A DNA stretch of 64,000 nucleotides, taken from positions 126,852,001 to 126,916,000 of the forward strand of contig OX597818.1 in NCBI GenBank assembly GCA_951406725.2, in the 5' to 3' direction. The stretch's first letter is position 1. Every line of letters begins with the position of its first letter. Below are positions 46,471-61,952 of this stretch, one piece after another. The DNA is from Octopus vulgaris. Its lineage: Eukaryota. The notes beneath the pieces are model-generated. The model was not told the DNA's origin and made no database searches. It worked only from the letters and a program-made list of their open reading frames with translations. A program made the position numbers and the translations under genes.

Positions 46471-47403
46471 AATGTAGATATAACATTGTAGTCCTTATGA
46501 TTTTCTCAAAAAAAAAAAATAAATAAATAAAAGTGGTATGAACTAAGAATGAAAATCATAGATATATTTTTTTCAGCTTGATGGGGTTTATGTTACTGTC
46601 TTTCTCTATTCGATTCATTCTCAATAACAAGGCGATTGAAACAAAAATATTTGTTACAATTACTGTGCAGCAATGTGTTATGTTCTAAGATAAGACGCTA
46701 GGCCTATTTTAGTTCACTTACATTACGGTATCGATCAGTTGCCTCTTACTACTGCCTATCATCAAGTAACAGAACTACCACAGAAAAAAACTTTCATGTA
46801 GCTTTTCTCATAGCCATCATCAGATATTGTCTATTCTCAGTAGGTTCAATACTATGAATCACACTTTTGCTATCCATGGTTAATCATAAGTATGTACGCT
46901 ATTTATAAGATTGGAGCCACGCCTGAAGCAGTCACTGCTACATTTGAACTCGAAACACTGAGAGCCAGAATAAATACGATGAAATGCATTGCCTGACACA
47001 CTAATGACTACGCCGATTCAACACCCTAGCCTTGCATTTTATATATTGCTCGCGAAAGATTGAAAAGCAAATTTGACTTCCGTGGGATATGAACTCAGAA
47101 AACAAAAAGTTGAAATGAAAAATAGAAATGTTTTTCGTTCGAGGTTCTTACATTACTGCCACTTCGCCACCCGACTATTTCTAAGATTAGCCAAATTAGG
47201 ACGGCTCTCTGAAACCCTATCAATAATTGAACTTCAGTATTACACCGGGCGGCGATAAAACGTCCTACAATTGTGCAGTGCCGAGTAAGTAACGTCAGCA
47301 TAGCGGCTTAATCAGTTTACAGGTGCAGTCCGGTCTTGTAAATTCGCAACGCCCCCCACGTACATACAGACTCCCGTGGGCGCTGCCGTTCAGCTTAAAA
47401 CTA

Positions 47404-47661
47404 GTAAAAGGTAAAGTTACCTTATCCAGTCATGCTGATTCATAAGGGCCACGTTCCCGGTTTCCATGACGTATATATTCCCCACCTGGACGGGACGCCG
47501 GTCCGTCTCAGGATTACTCATTTTTGCCAGCTGAGTGGACTGGAGCAACGTGAAATGAAGTGTTTTGCTCAAGAACACAACGCGTCGCCTGGTCCAGGAA
47601 TCGAAACCACGATCTTACGATCACGAGTCCAACACCATAACCACTAAGCCAGTGCCTCCAC
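47404..47661 (-). mobile_element. SINE family D (tRNA-derived head, different body) with TSD
   Basis: Minus-strand head tggaggcactggcttagtggtt...ggtttcgattcctgg; TSD tcagcttaaaacta at 47390-47403 and 47662-47675. Confidence 0.88.
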
Positions 47662-47868
47662 TCAGCTTAAAACTATTGAACTATAACTTCATTGACTAGT
47701 GTGTCATTCTTTATTTTCCTGAGTAGTTTGTGATTTTAAGGAGATTCCTATGCTGAGCCTTAGCAGGTCAAGTGATTGCGCAGATGCTCATTCACAATAC
47801 AGAAAGAAAGCGAAACCGACAAAAACAGAAATAGATAGATATGCAGAGAGAGTGAGCGAGCGAGCGAG

Positions 47869-47900
<32 letters not shown>

Positions 47901-48395
47901 GAACAGAGAGGCAGAAAGAATAAAGAAAAAGAAGACAGAGCATATTGAAGGAGAAAAGTATAGAGAGAATCTGACAACAGTAAAACAACGTGCTCACAAG
48001 TTACATTGCTATTGGGATAATATCTGAAATACTTGCGCTTGATACCTCCATAATTTTTCGAGATTATCTAATTGTAATGAACTATCTCTTCACTGACATT
48101 CAATAAACAATTAATCACACATGAGATATACACTCTTTATTACAGTGTTGCTGCAATAACCTAGTCAATAAAACTATGGTCTCTTAAGCTCCTTTTACAT
48201 TAAGATTTGGAAGCTAACGGAAGTAATAGCTACTCTTGTCATTTCCTTCATACAAATGTTTGATTTCTCATTGCAGAATATACGTACATGCATACGTACA
48301 TGCATACATACATACATGCATACATACATGCATACATACATACATACATACATACATAGATACATACTTACATCATACATGCATACATACATATA

Positions 48396-48427
<32 letters not shown>

Positions 48428-48447
48428 CATACATACAATCATGTATA

Positions 48448-48495
<48 letters not shown>

Positions 48496-49263
48496 TATAC
48501 ACACATACACATATATATATATATATATATATATATTTGTGTGTATGTATTTGTGTCAGTGTTGTGTGTGTTTGTATGTTTATATACATATATATATATA
48601 TATAAATATATATGTATATATATATATACATACATGCATGTATATATGGATATATGTCTACATATGTACACATTATGTATTTACATTTAAATAAATGTGT
48701 GCGTGTGCATACATACATACATACAATCATGTATACATAAATACGCACGTACGTACGTACATGCATACATACATACGTACATACATATGCGTATACTGCC
48801 ACCCCCACAATCACACAAGTGTAAATGTATTACATAAAGTGCCAACGCCGCAAACAAAGCGATAAATTTTAGGTAAGATGACATCGGGAAGTGGTTCCAA
48901 TTCCAAGCAAAATATTTCATACTATTAATTCATAATAGTTAAAGGAATGCGTATTACATGTGCGCGAGTGTGCCCGTATGTATGGGTATTGGTGCGGATG
49001 TGTGCTTACACGTGCTTGTATATGTGTGTGCAAATGTATTTGACATGCCCAACATGCTTTACAGCTTATACTGTGCCCTTTATCGAATTGTCTAAAATAT
49101 GATTAACTTAGCATAGAGAGTTATATAGATTCATTATAAATATTAGTAACATAGGCCCGTTACATCGTGTTAGTCCGTCGGAGTGACAAGTATCAACTGG
49201 TTAACCTAAGGATGACTGATGATACGCATTGTAACTTTGTATAAAGCGATGAAGAGCAATCTT

Positions 49264-49433
49264 CGTTGCGTTCCGAGTTCAAATTCCGCCGAGGTCGACT
49301 TTGCCTTTCATCCTTTCGGGGTCGATAAATTAAGTACCAGTTACGCACTGGGGTCGATGTAATCGACTTAATCCCTTTGTCTGTCCCTGTTTGTCCCCTC
49401 TGTGTTTACCCCCTTGTGGGTAGTAAAGAAATA
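49264..49433 (+). mobile_element. SINE family B, 5'-truncated
   Basis: Matches 34672-34899 from the B-box onward. Confidence 0.9.
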
Positions 49434-49504
49434 TATAATACAAGTAAAAATTAAAGACCTTATCCAAAGTCATGAATTAAGGGTTCATTCTTTTCATGAA
49501 CCCG

Positions 49505-49949
49505 CATGGTTCTTGGGTCTCAAGCATTTGTCTTATGAAGAAAGGCTGAAGACGCTCGACCTTTATTCTCTAGAAAAACGACGACGCCGTGGTGATCTCA
49601 TTCTTGCTCACAACATCATAAGCGGAAAGTGTAACCTCTCGAAAGAGCTGTTCTTCACTCCTGCTCCAGAGCGTCGGCTGCGGGGACACTCCGAAAAGCT
49701 CGATCTGCGACGATTTAATCTCAATCGAAGGAGAGGGGCTTTCTCTGTCCGGGTTGCGGATCCGTGGAATAAGCTGCCGGACGAGATAGTGAAGATGCCG
49801 ACGACCGCTCGGTTCAAAGTCTCTCTTGACCAGAAATGACCTGAACTCTTTGCATGAACACCCTCCCTGTACATAACTCCATGTCCCCCTACAAGGCCTT
49901 GCTTTTTGCTTTTTGAGCCAAAAAATTAACTTAACTTAACTTAACTTAA
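49505..49949 (+). mobile_element. CR1-clade LINE 3' end with (TTAAC)n tail
   Basis: GLKHLSYEERLKTLDLYSLEKRRRRGDLI...RGHSEKL...FSVRVADPWNKLP...FKVSLD is the CR1-type ORF2 C-terminus. A short 3' UTR and tandem tail follow at 49926-49949. Confidence 0.9.
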
Positions 49950-51021
49950 TGATTTCACATAAAGACTGTATGTAATAATTGTTTATAAATATAAAAAGAT
50001 TGACAGGCAATAGAGACCGGTTTTCTGATTGCAATTCACATTTGTTGCAAAGACATATGTAAAGGTATTGTGTAACAATGCCTCAGAGAATCACAACTCG
50101 TACGTTAAGTTGTTGTTTTTTTTTTTATCAAAATTAGTACTAAATATTTTTAATATGGAAGGCAGAAAAGACAAAGGACCGAAAAATCAAGTTTGTGAAC
50201 CAACAGCTGGAGTTTATCGGTTAAGGTGAATTGATGTGTGGAATCATATGTATAAGAATAGTTGCTGTTGGAGATGTCAACCTCATTCTCTCGTTCATGA
50301 CTCATTTTCAATCCAGTTTCAAGATCAGGTCAAGACGAATGTGGACCGAGGAGGACGCAGTGGACAATTAAGATACCTCACTTGCCTCATCTTGCTCTCT
50401 GCATTCCACAATGCGTTGCTGCAGCCGCTTTGCTTTCCCTTGGACAGTGAAGTTTTCTTCCACAGAATTCGCCGGATCCAGTTTTCACACGCGTAAATAG
50501 GCAAGCAATGACATGCTATGTTTTAATAAACATAGCTGGGCCCTCACAGGAGCTACTACTACTAGTCCAAGAAAACCTGAAGAAATAGTGGCTAGGAAGT
50601 TGTTCCACACTCCTCAAAACCAGGGCCCCAATACCAGATGTAGTTTAGAGTCATACCTAGAACAGAGATATACAGCAGTAGCATCAACCCAGTACAAAAG
50701 TCAATAACATAGTCCCATTATTTTCATTATTAACATAGACTCGTTACATAAACCAGTAACGATTACATATACCAGTAACATAGATTTGTTAAATAAAGGC
50801 ATTATATACAAATATATAACAGCCACCACTAAAGGATGAATGAACTCGACAGCTAAAGTCTTATATAGGCCTACAGCAGAAGAATTAGCATACCAGTCAT
50901 TCATATTTGACAAACATAGGTTACTATTCATGAAAACAATTTGCCCACATAAGTTGTCGGCACAGATTAATTATCGTTAGGTGTTACTCAACTATTCTTA
51001 TCAATATATTGCATATTGCGA

Positions 51022-51425
51022 AAGCGGCCTGCTGGTAGAATCGTTAGCACGCTAGGCAAAATTCGTAGCGGCATTTCGTCCGTCTTTACGTTCTTAGTTC
51101 AAGTTCCACCAAAGTCGACCTTGCCTTTAATCCTTCTGGGGTCGATAAAATAAGTACCAGTTGAGCAATAGAATCGATGTAATCAACATCCTTCCTCGAA
51201 ACTGCTGGGCTTTCTTTCTTTTATTATTTTACTTGTTTCAGTCATTTGATTGCAGCTATACTGGAGCACTGCCTTAAAGTGTTTTAGTCGAAGGAATCGA
51301 CTCCAGGACTTAGTCTTTGTAAGTGTAGTATTTATTCTATCGATCTCTTTTGACGAACTGCTAAGTTATGGGGACGTAAACACACCAACATCGGTTGTAA
51401 AACGATGTTTGGAGGACAAAGACAC
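51022..51425. mobile_element. Degenerate SINE B (+) abutting a SINE C 3' part (-)
   Basis: 51022-51190 matches family B; 51225-51425 matches the family C tail in the opposite orientation. Confidence 0.75.
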
Positions 51426-51618
51426 ACACACACACACAGATACAGATGTAGATATAGACATATGTGTGTGTGTATGTATATATAATATTAATAATCCCTA
51501 CAATTCTTTGGATTCAAACTCAGAACCAATAAGAATTTTTTTTTAAATTCATATTTTGAAAACAATTTGAGTAAAAATCTGATCAGAGTAAAGCAGGACA
51601 AAAATTACATATTAGAAG

Positions 51619-51690
<72 letters not shown>

Positions 51691-52761
51691 AATATATATA
51701 TGTGTATGTGTGTGTGTGTGTATGCATGTGTGTGCGTGTTTGTGCGTGCGCATTTGTGTGTATGCGTGTACGTGCATATATACACTCAGCACTTTACACG
51801 TACATACATATATTCAAAGACATTCATATTCCCTGGGTACAATTATTTTCATCATTAATATAACTGTATACATAATTGAAGAATAAGAATTTTATTGAAG
51901 TGATCAAGTAGTTAAAGACCTAAGAGTGACCTCGGGTTTCATCTTCTGACTGAAGATTTCAATTGGGAAGTAATCACTTGTCACTATAAGACAATGAGGT
52001 AATCGATCAGGCAGATAATCACCCAATTACAACAATATATATATATTTGTGTGTAGGCGCGCGCACATGTGTGTATGTATGCATTTATGCATGCATTGGA
52101 GTAAGAACTCAAGTCCAATTATCTTGACGAATTAAATAAACAAAGTATTTAACTGCTGCTTATTTCATCGCACACAGAACGATGCAACGTAAATTTGATT
52201 TCAACAGGATTTTAAATCGGAATGCAGTGGTATGTAACTAAATACTACAAAGCAGAAAATATCCATCGCTCCACGTACCAATACTGCAGTTGGTAACATG
52301 AGAGCTAAGCTCTTGCTGTTTCGTTAATTTAAGAATACGTCGTGGTTTTATTTCTCAGTTGAATCTGTTTCATTTTAGTTATATTTGTATTGGCCTTAGC
52401 GACGGAATAAACAAAACACACCTAATTTATCACTAAAAATATAAAGTACGATAGAAAGTAACCTGAAATTTGGGGAGCAAGTGTTGTCCTAAAAGCGTTA
52501 TGCTCAAACATTCGCAATGGAATATGATGAAGATGATGACAATGACAACAATGATAACAATGATGAGAAAGGGGATCCCACTTCTTCCCCTACGAACACA
52601 TTAATCAAATGTTTTCTTTTCTAATGACGGTAGGACGTAAAATTTGACAGACTTTTGACTGGCTGTCATATCTAGCAGACTCAATAAAATCTCAATTTCA
52701 CATATGTAAGGACGTTCGTATCTATATATGCATGCATATATATATGATATATATATGTATG

Positions 52762-52933
52762 CGCAGGAGTGGCTGTGTGGTAGGTAGCTTGCTTACCAAC
52801 CACATGGTTCCGGGTTCAGTCCCACTGCGTGGCACCTTGGGTAAGTGTCTTCTACTATAGGCTCGGGCCGACCAAAGCCTTGTGAGATGATTTGGTAGAC
52901 GGAAACTGAAAGAAGTCCGTCGTATCTATATAT

Positions 52934-52965
<32 letters not shown>

Positions 52966-53155
52966 TTGCGTGTCTGTGTTTGTCTCCCACCATCACTTGA
53001 CAACTGATGTTGGTGAGTTTACGCACCGTAACTTAGCGGTTCAGCAAAAAGAGACCGATATGATAAGTACTAGGCTTACAAAGAATAAGTGCTGGGGTCG
53101 ATGTGTTCAACTAAAGGCGGTGCTCCAGCATGACTGCTGTCAAATGACTGAATTA
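52762..53155 (+). mobile_element. SINE family C
   Basis: Head gcgcaggagtggctgtgtggtaggtagc...ggttcagtcccactg, then internal (TA)/(TG) and the family 3' region. Confidence 0.9.
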
Positions 53156-53168
53156 AATATAAGAAATG

Positions 53169-53233
<65 letters not shown>

Positions 53234-53312
53234 ACAATAATAAACAGGTGAAGAACAAATATATAGTACATGTGTTTACTTGGCAAGAAAAAAGATGACC
53301 GTCCTGAGGTAT

Positions 53313-53358
<46 letters not shown>

Positions 53359-54111
53359 CATTCGGTTTCTAATACTCTTCTGATTAAATATCGATCGATG
53401 TAACAATTGGAAAATATGCATTAAAATTTATTGCTATTATTTAACCTCACGGAAAGAAGAGAATTTTAGATCAACGCTAATAATCGACTCCTAAACTGTA
53501 ATTATTATATTAAGACCGGAAAACTAAAGGCAAAATTAACTTCGAAGGTATTTGAATGCAAACAGTAAAATCTAGGAGAAAGCCATATCTAAATATTCCC
53601 AAATATTTTCACGAGCCTTGAATGGTCTCAATCAATTCAGACTATTTAACCACACTAATAGATGTTAATGCATATATATCTGTTTAGCTATAAATATATC
53701 TGTTTAGCTACAAACATATTAGAAAAGAATGAATGATAGAATGTAATGGTAGATGTAATGGTAAATGAGGTCACTTAATGAAACAAAAGAATTATCGTTT
53801 ACATCAAACATAACTTGGCAAGATCAGAACTACTTTTAAAGCCGTAGGGTTTCAGGTATTCAGGATCTATTTCTTCTGATGTGTATACTATTCCAGGTCA
53901 CTGCTACTGATGAACTCCACATACTTAATCAGCTTTGAGAAATAAGTCTTTCTCTTCAACAATGAAGACACATGCCGAGATAAAAGGATAATGTTTAGGA
54001 TTAACGAGCCATATATAGTGAGTGAAAGGAAGCTATTAAAGAACAACTAGTAACTACAAACAAATAGAGAAATATATATGTGCATTATATATGTGTATAT
54101 ATGTATGTATG

Positions 54112-54178
<67 letters not shown>

Positions 54179-54300
54179 GTGTATGCACATGCATGCATAC
54201 GTACTTATATATATATGCATACATACTGTATACATGAGTGTACGAATAATACCTTGTATGTGTATGTATGTATGTATATGTATGTATGTATGTATGTATG

Positions 54301-54331
<31 letters not shown>

Positions 54332-54364
54332 GTATGAATATATATTTGTATATATATATATAGG

Positions 54365-54445
<81 letters not shown>

Positions 54446-55060
54446 GGAAGGTGCGGTGGGTAAATTGTCGCCATTGTATATTTTTTATTTTGTGCATGCG
54501 CATTGGTTGTTTTTGATTTTGTCGACCAGTATAGAAGGGTCAGTTTGGCACCGTCTGTGAGAAAAACACCACCATGACGCAATTCACTCTGCCAGAAATT
54601 TGGAAATGACATGATGTACTGCTTGGCATTCGCACAGGAAGCTCCAATACGAACATTTCAGAATGTTTAGGTATCAATCTGAGGACATGTACCGAGAGTG
54701 ATAAAAGTCAAACATCCATCAGCATCATGGTATTTGGAGTGATCACTAGGGATTGCGACGTTATGCCTCCATTCATCTTTCCACACGGCCTCAGACCCAA
54801 CAAGGAGGCCTACATCAAGTGCATAGAGGAGGTAGTGCTGCTTTAGGTCAAGAGGATGGCTGCTGGAAGACCCTATGTTTGGCAACATAACTCTGCACCA
54901 TGCCACATAAGCAGGAGAACCCAGTCATGGCCGTACGACAATTTCTGCGACGACATCACCCCTAACATCTGGCCACCTAACAACTCCCCCAAACTACAAC
55001 ACCCTTAATTATAATGTATGGCGCGCAATTGACTGAGAGACCAACAAAACTCCTTGTAAT
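54446..55060 (+). mobile_element. Second copy of the Tc1/mariner element, 3'-truncated
   Basis: Reads IMVFGVIT..VMPPFIFPHGLRPNKEAYIKCIEEVVL...RPYVWQHNSAPCH...ITPNIWPP. It is the inverted homolog of 3931-4762. Confidence 0.85.
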
Positions 55061-55107
<47 letters not shown>

Positions 55108-55204
55108 CGTATATTTGCCCTTTAAAATATGGCTAACCCCCTAAGGGTGGATGCTACTGTAGTTTGTAGTCCCAGGAGGGCACCTCCTCCAGCTGGCTAT
55201 AGGC

Positions 55205-55237
<33 letters not shown>

Positions 55238-55619
55238 TGTATGTATATATGTATGCATGTATGTATGTATGTATATATGTATGTATGTATGTATGTATGT
55301 AAGCATGTATGTATATATGTATGTATGTATGTATGCATGTATGTATGTATATATGTATGTATGTATCAATGCATGTATATACACACACATACACACATAT
55401 ACAATACACATATCTATCTCTATCTCTCTACCTACCTGTCTACCTATTTCTCTGTTTGCCTATCAATTTATATATACATACATACGCATATGTGTGTGTG
55501 TGTGTGTATAATATCTGAAATGGTGAATACTTATAATCGTGTGTATTCTTAGAGATATAAATTCCTTTGCTATTTTCGATAGTTCCTTATTACCAACAGC
55601 ACTCGCGCACGACGCATTC

Positions 55620-55671
<52 letters not shown>

Positions 55672-55917
55672 GCATGCACACATTCATATGAGCGAAGGAG
55701 AAAACAAGAGAAAAGGAGAGAGAGAAAGAGAGAGGATAATGCACATAATGAGTAACAGAAGCATACACTGACCACTTAACTGTCTAACATACAGATAACA
55801 GTCACGTAGGCTTCTTTGCATTTAAGAAATGAATTTGTCTAAAGAAATGCGTTCAGACTTCGATCGAGATCATGTAGCAGTTTCGATTCCTGTTTAGTTC
55901 ATTTTAGATATAAATCC

Positions 55918-56180
55918 GTGAGGTATACTAGCCATCTCAATATGGCTAACCACTAAGGGTGGGTGTTACTGTAGCTTGTAGCCCCAGGAGAACATCGTCT
56001 CCAGCTGGCTTTAGGCACACTTTCTGTGCCATTATGGTATTTGCAAAGGGAGGTCAAATACCATAAGGGCACAGAAAGTGTGCCTAAAGCCAGCTGGAGA
56101 CGATGTTCTCCTGGGGCTACAAGCTACAATAACACCCACCCTTAATGGTTAGCCATATTGAGATGGCTAGTATACCTCAC
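55918..56180. repeat. Long inverted repeat, 126-bp arms, 11-nt spacer
   Basis: Left arm 55918-56043, right arm 56055-56180, three mismatches by eye. A diverged single copy of the arm is at 55127-55204. Confidence 0.95.
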
Positions 56181-56659
56181 ATTGTCGTGCAGTTACTGTT
56201 TACATCTCGTTCAGAGTTTTATTATTGCTTGCGTACAGATATAAATCCATTTTAGATGTAATCGTTGCAGCTGAATCACCAAGGATCTTGTGAAATGCAA
56301 GAAGGTCACTTAATCGCAAATCCATTTTAGACTGGCAATACTCCTGAGATTTAATTTTACTTCTTTTTGCTCTCCAGAGAAAAAATAACATCTTATGAAT
56401 AAGTTGCATGTGTGCTTCTTTGTGTTTGTCCATAACCACAGCTTGGCAACCGGTGATGGTTTGTTTACACCCCCGTAATGTAGCGGTTCGGCAAAAAAGG
56501 AACCGGTAGAATAAGTGCCAGGCCTAAAAAGTATCTACTGTGATCGATTTGTTCGACCACAACCCTTGTAAGTGATGCCCCAGAATGACCACTGTCTAAA
56601 GGTTGAAACAAGTAAAAAATAAAATGTGTGTGTGTTTGTGTGTGTTTGTGTGTGCGTGC

Positions 56660-56690
<31 letters not shown>

Positions 56691-56844
56691 ACAAGCATTG
56701 TTAGTTTTCTTGCGTTCCCGTAATTTAAACCATTCCACAAAAGACCGATAGAATAATTATCAAACTTAGAATAAGGGTGGAAATCGTTCCCCTCGATAAA
56801 ACCCTTGAAGATAGTACCCTAACCAGTCCACGACTCGATGACTA

Positions 56845-56885
<41 letters not shown>

Positions 56886-56890
56886 CAGAT

Positions 56891-57092
<202 letters not shown>

Positions 57093-57943
57093 CAAATTTT
57101 ATATTTGAAACAGGTGCAAAATGGAAATATTTACATTTCGAAAAACTTTAGGTATGTCATTATTTCGATATAACCCCTAAGACTTTCAAATATGACACTG
57201 AAGATTTTTCTATAGTATACATGTTTTAGACACCATGATTTCAGGTGTACTATGTCTGCCTGTCTTTCTGTCTGTCTGTCTGTATGTATGTATGCATGTA
57301 CGTATGTTTGTACGCATGTATGTAGCACGCACGCGCAAACACAGTGAGAGTGGGTGATAGAGAAGGAAGGAAACAGAGAAGGTGAGGGAGAAGCAGGGGA
57401 AGGAAGAGATGGGGGAGAAGATTAGAGAGAATCTTGTGGTCTTGACAAATTCAATAATGGCTCATTACATTCATCCTTCAAGCAGTATTTAGCATTCTTC
57501 ATAGAACTTCTATGTTTATGGATCGGATCCTGTCAGCATCAATCTACTGCGATCATGCATTTAACTATAACCAACCAAGTCCAAGTACGAAAATAATATT
57601 TAATATGCTCAGGTGTATAATTAGTTACATTTTGCTGGCTTCAGATATTGAAATTTACTGAAATTTACTGAAATAAATTTAGTGAAATATTCTCCGATAA
57701 GATAACTTAGTTTTGTATTAACATGGCTGTGAAAAACTTGAAAAGAATATTATAAAAGAATGAAAGTGAAAAGAGAGAGGAAAATCTTGTAAGTGTATAG
57801 GTTAAAAGTTAAATATACATCCATAAGCGTTCACATAACATCAATAATATTGAAGTTATACATATGTACACACATATGTATATATTCTTATGTGGAATAT
57901 CTTAAAGCACCCCCATAAAGTTGAAAATAAGAGAATCTAGAAA

Positions 57944-58178
57944 AGGCGGCGAGCTGGCAGGAAACGTTAGCACGCTGGGCGAAATGCGTAGTTGTATTTC
58001 GTCTGTCGTCACGTTCCGAGTTCAAATTCCGCCGAGGTCGACTTTGCCTTTCATCCTTTCGGGGTCGATAAATTAAGTACCAGTTACACACTGGGGTTGA
58101 TATAATCGACTTAATCCGTTTGTCTGTCCTTGTTTGTCCCGTCTGTGTTTAGCCCCTTTTGGGTAGTATAGAAATAAA
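57944..58178 (+). mobile_element. SINE family B
   Basis: Full-length match to 34672-34899. Confidence 0.92.
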
Positions 58179-58477
58179 TATTGAAGTTATGTGTGCATGT
58201 ATCCGTGTTTGTGTGTACATACATATAAATATATGTGTATATGTATATATAAGTATATATGTTTGTGTGTGATGTGCATATATATATATATATATTTCTG
58301 TCAGTGATGTTTCCTCTTAAGGTTTCACAGCATACAATGCATATACTAAAATAACATCGTTTTAACAGACGCAATAATGTATTCACATTTTATATATAAA
58401 CTAGAGCAAGAATGAAAATCTTGAGATTGAACACTTGCATGCTATTGCACAAGCGCTAGGAGTCGCTTAATTGAACA

Positions 58478-58595
<118 letters not shown>

Positions 58596-58915
58596 GTTCG
58601 CATACACACACATATGCATATATTCTTATGTGGAATATCTTAAAGCACAAGTTGAAAATAAGGGAAACTAAATATTGGCTTAAAAACCTTTATCGATAGA
58701 AAAAGGGATTTCCAGCCCAATATCTAGATTCCATATGTGCCTCGAGATAATCCCAAAAGAATTTGTTCATGCTCTCTCGGAAGTTCATGAAACGTTTTTG
58801 AAGTCAACACTACAAACATACATACATACATACACACACACATATACATGCATGCACACTGAAAGAGAGAGAGGGAGTGAGGGAGATATATATAATTATA
58901 GACATATGTAACACA

Positions 58916-58966
<51 letters not shown>

Positions 58967-59219
58967 ACAATTTAATAAATAAAACATATGCATACATAAA
59001 TGTATGTACATACCTACATCTATATGTATATATACATGCATATATGGGTACAGGACACCACAAATAAACGTAGAACACAACGAGAAACGAAAACATAAAA
59101 TCAAACAAGGAAACGGACTTTTTTTAACTACGAAAAAACAGAGTACGAGACAAACAATACAAGGAATATTCCCCTTCTTCAGCTGCCCCTGTTTCGACTC
59201 AATGCGTGTTTAAGGTGTA

Positions 59220-59252
<33 letters not shown>

Positions 59253-59317
59253 TAAAATATATGAATCTAAAGATATATATATATATGTATGTATGTATGT
59301 ATGTATATTTGTATACA

Positions 59318-59349
<32 letters not shown>

Positions 59350-59857
59350 GAATACAAAAAGTACAGGGAGTAGCAAGAAATGATAAAATATTTGTAAAAA
59401 GATCCGCTTACCTTGGTTTAGTATTATATAAAATATAGGAAGCAGATGACAACCTGACAGCAAACAAGAGTTACAACACGACTGATAAATAAATAAATTA
59501 AAAACTACACGACGTAAATAGTTCTTTATGCTTCTTCTATTGCAGTTTACTCACGTATAATTAAGACATTAAGCATTTGCGCGGCAATGTGTTTGAATCT
59601 TACTGACGTGTTTGCCAACCAATAGCTACCTTTTATATTCAATCGATACACATCACCTCTACCCACGCGAATTCTCCCATCAATTAGTGAAGAGCAAAAG
59701 AAAAGAGGCGGATTGTTACTATATAAGCTGGACAAATAATGATTTAGCGGACTATTTTCTCAAAACTTATGTGACGTGTAAAATGTTACAGAGTTTAATA
59801 TATAATAGATAGATTCACGCAGATATATACACACGCACATATACACACACTCATATG

Positions 59858-59952
<95 letters not shown>

Positions 59953-60107
59953 AAGAAAGAAGAAGAATACGGAGGCGTGTATTTATTTCACTGAAATATG
60001 TAAATAACAATAGCAACAGGTAAATAAAATACACGCACTAACATAGACGTGTACACACGCGCGGTTACACACGTAGACACTCACATATAAACTCAAAATC
60101 AGACAGT

Positions 60108-60155
<48 letters not shown>

Positions 60156-60785
60156 AGCTAGAGGTTATGTTAGCCTCGTGAAGGGATGGTGTTATCAAAG
60201 GAAATACTGGTTCAATACCTAATATTTGGGTGTGGGAATTGATTTCTTTAAAATACTATTTATATAAATGAAGAAAAAAATGGAGTTTGTGAAGTTAATA
60301 AGAGTTTATTATCAACAGCGAATCGATCATTATCGCTTACAGCTGTTTCAATTATACACAGTGAATTTAATTAAATAGTAAGTTCATATTTCTGAGCATA
60401 ATATCTTCAGAGAGGAAATATATATATACCCTTAGATGTTTTGTATCTTTATTTATAGATTCATCGCAGCAGACTAGTCTGCTATCATGAATGTATGTAT
60501 GTATGTATGTATGTATGTATGTATGTATGTATGTATGTTTGTATACACACATACATAGATTTATGCATATATATATATGTGTATACACATACACACACAA
60601 ATATATTGTCATTCGAAATGTAGACAAGTGTCAACGATCCATGTGGCAGGCTTCAAAATCATAAAGATATCCTTTGTTACGTGAAATCATTAGTAGTCTT
60701 GTTAATCCAAACATAAAGAATATTTATTATCCACCAATGCCGTATTGAGCACTGATTCTCACTGTTCGATATTAGAGTATATGCA

Positions 60786-60873
<88 letters not shown>

Positions 60874-60954
60874 ATCATATCTATCTATCCATCCATCCAT
60901 CCATCCATCCATCCATCCATCCATCCATCCATCCATCCATCCATCCATCCATCC

Positions 60955-60986
<32 letters not shown>

Positions 60987-60989
60987 CTA

Positions 60990-61071
<82 letters not shown>

Positions 61072-61377
61072 CACACACACACACATGCTCTCTTTCTCTC
61101 TCTCTCATTTTCTCCCCATCCATCACCCTCTTGTACTGTCTTATATCCCACCACTACACACTCAATAACACTATAAAATGGTCAAAACTTTTTTCACAGC
61201 ATCTTAGTTCGATTTGAAAACCCCACTAGAATGGGAGAAACCGCTAATGCATGATCTAAGTTATATGATGTATAAAAACGTAATATATAAATAAATATCT
61301 GTAAATATAAAACCATCCGAATTTCTGAGTACCCCATTTCTTCTAATATAAAATACCTGTATATCATCTCAAAACCT

Positions 61378-61442
<65 letters not shown>

Positions 61443-61571
61443 CATATATAAGGGTAAAGTTGATTTCGGTCGGGTTTCAACCGAGTACAGAAAGGCTTGA
61501 AATAAATATTGCAAGGTATCCGCCTTGTTGTCAAACAACTTCGCCACTTAGCAATATACGTAATTAGCTAT

Positions 61572-61952
61572 GTGGAGGCGCAATAGCCCAGTGGTTAGGG
61601 CAGCGGACTCGCGGTCATAGGATCGCGGTTTCGTTTCCCAGACCGGGCGTTGTGAGTGTTTATTGAGCGAAAACACCTAAAAGCTCCACGAGGCCCCTGC
61701 AGGGGATGGTGGTGATCTCTGCTGTACTCTTTCACCACAAATTTCTCTCACTCTTACTTCCTGTTTCTGTTGTACCTGTATTTCAAAGGGCCGGCCTTGT
61801 CACGCTGAATATCCCCGAGAACTACGTTAAGAGTGCACGTGTCTGTGGAGTGCTCAGCCACTTACACGTTAATTTCACGAGCAGGCTGTTCCATTGATTC
61901 GGATCAACCGGAACCCTCATCGTCGTAACCGACGGAGTGCTTCCATCCATCC
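61572..61952 (+). mobile_element. SINE family A with TSD
   Basis: TSD aattagctat at 61562-61571 and 61953-61962; (CCAT)n tail. Confidence 0.93.
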
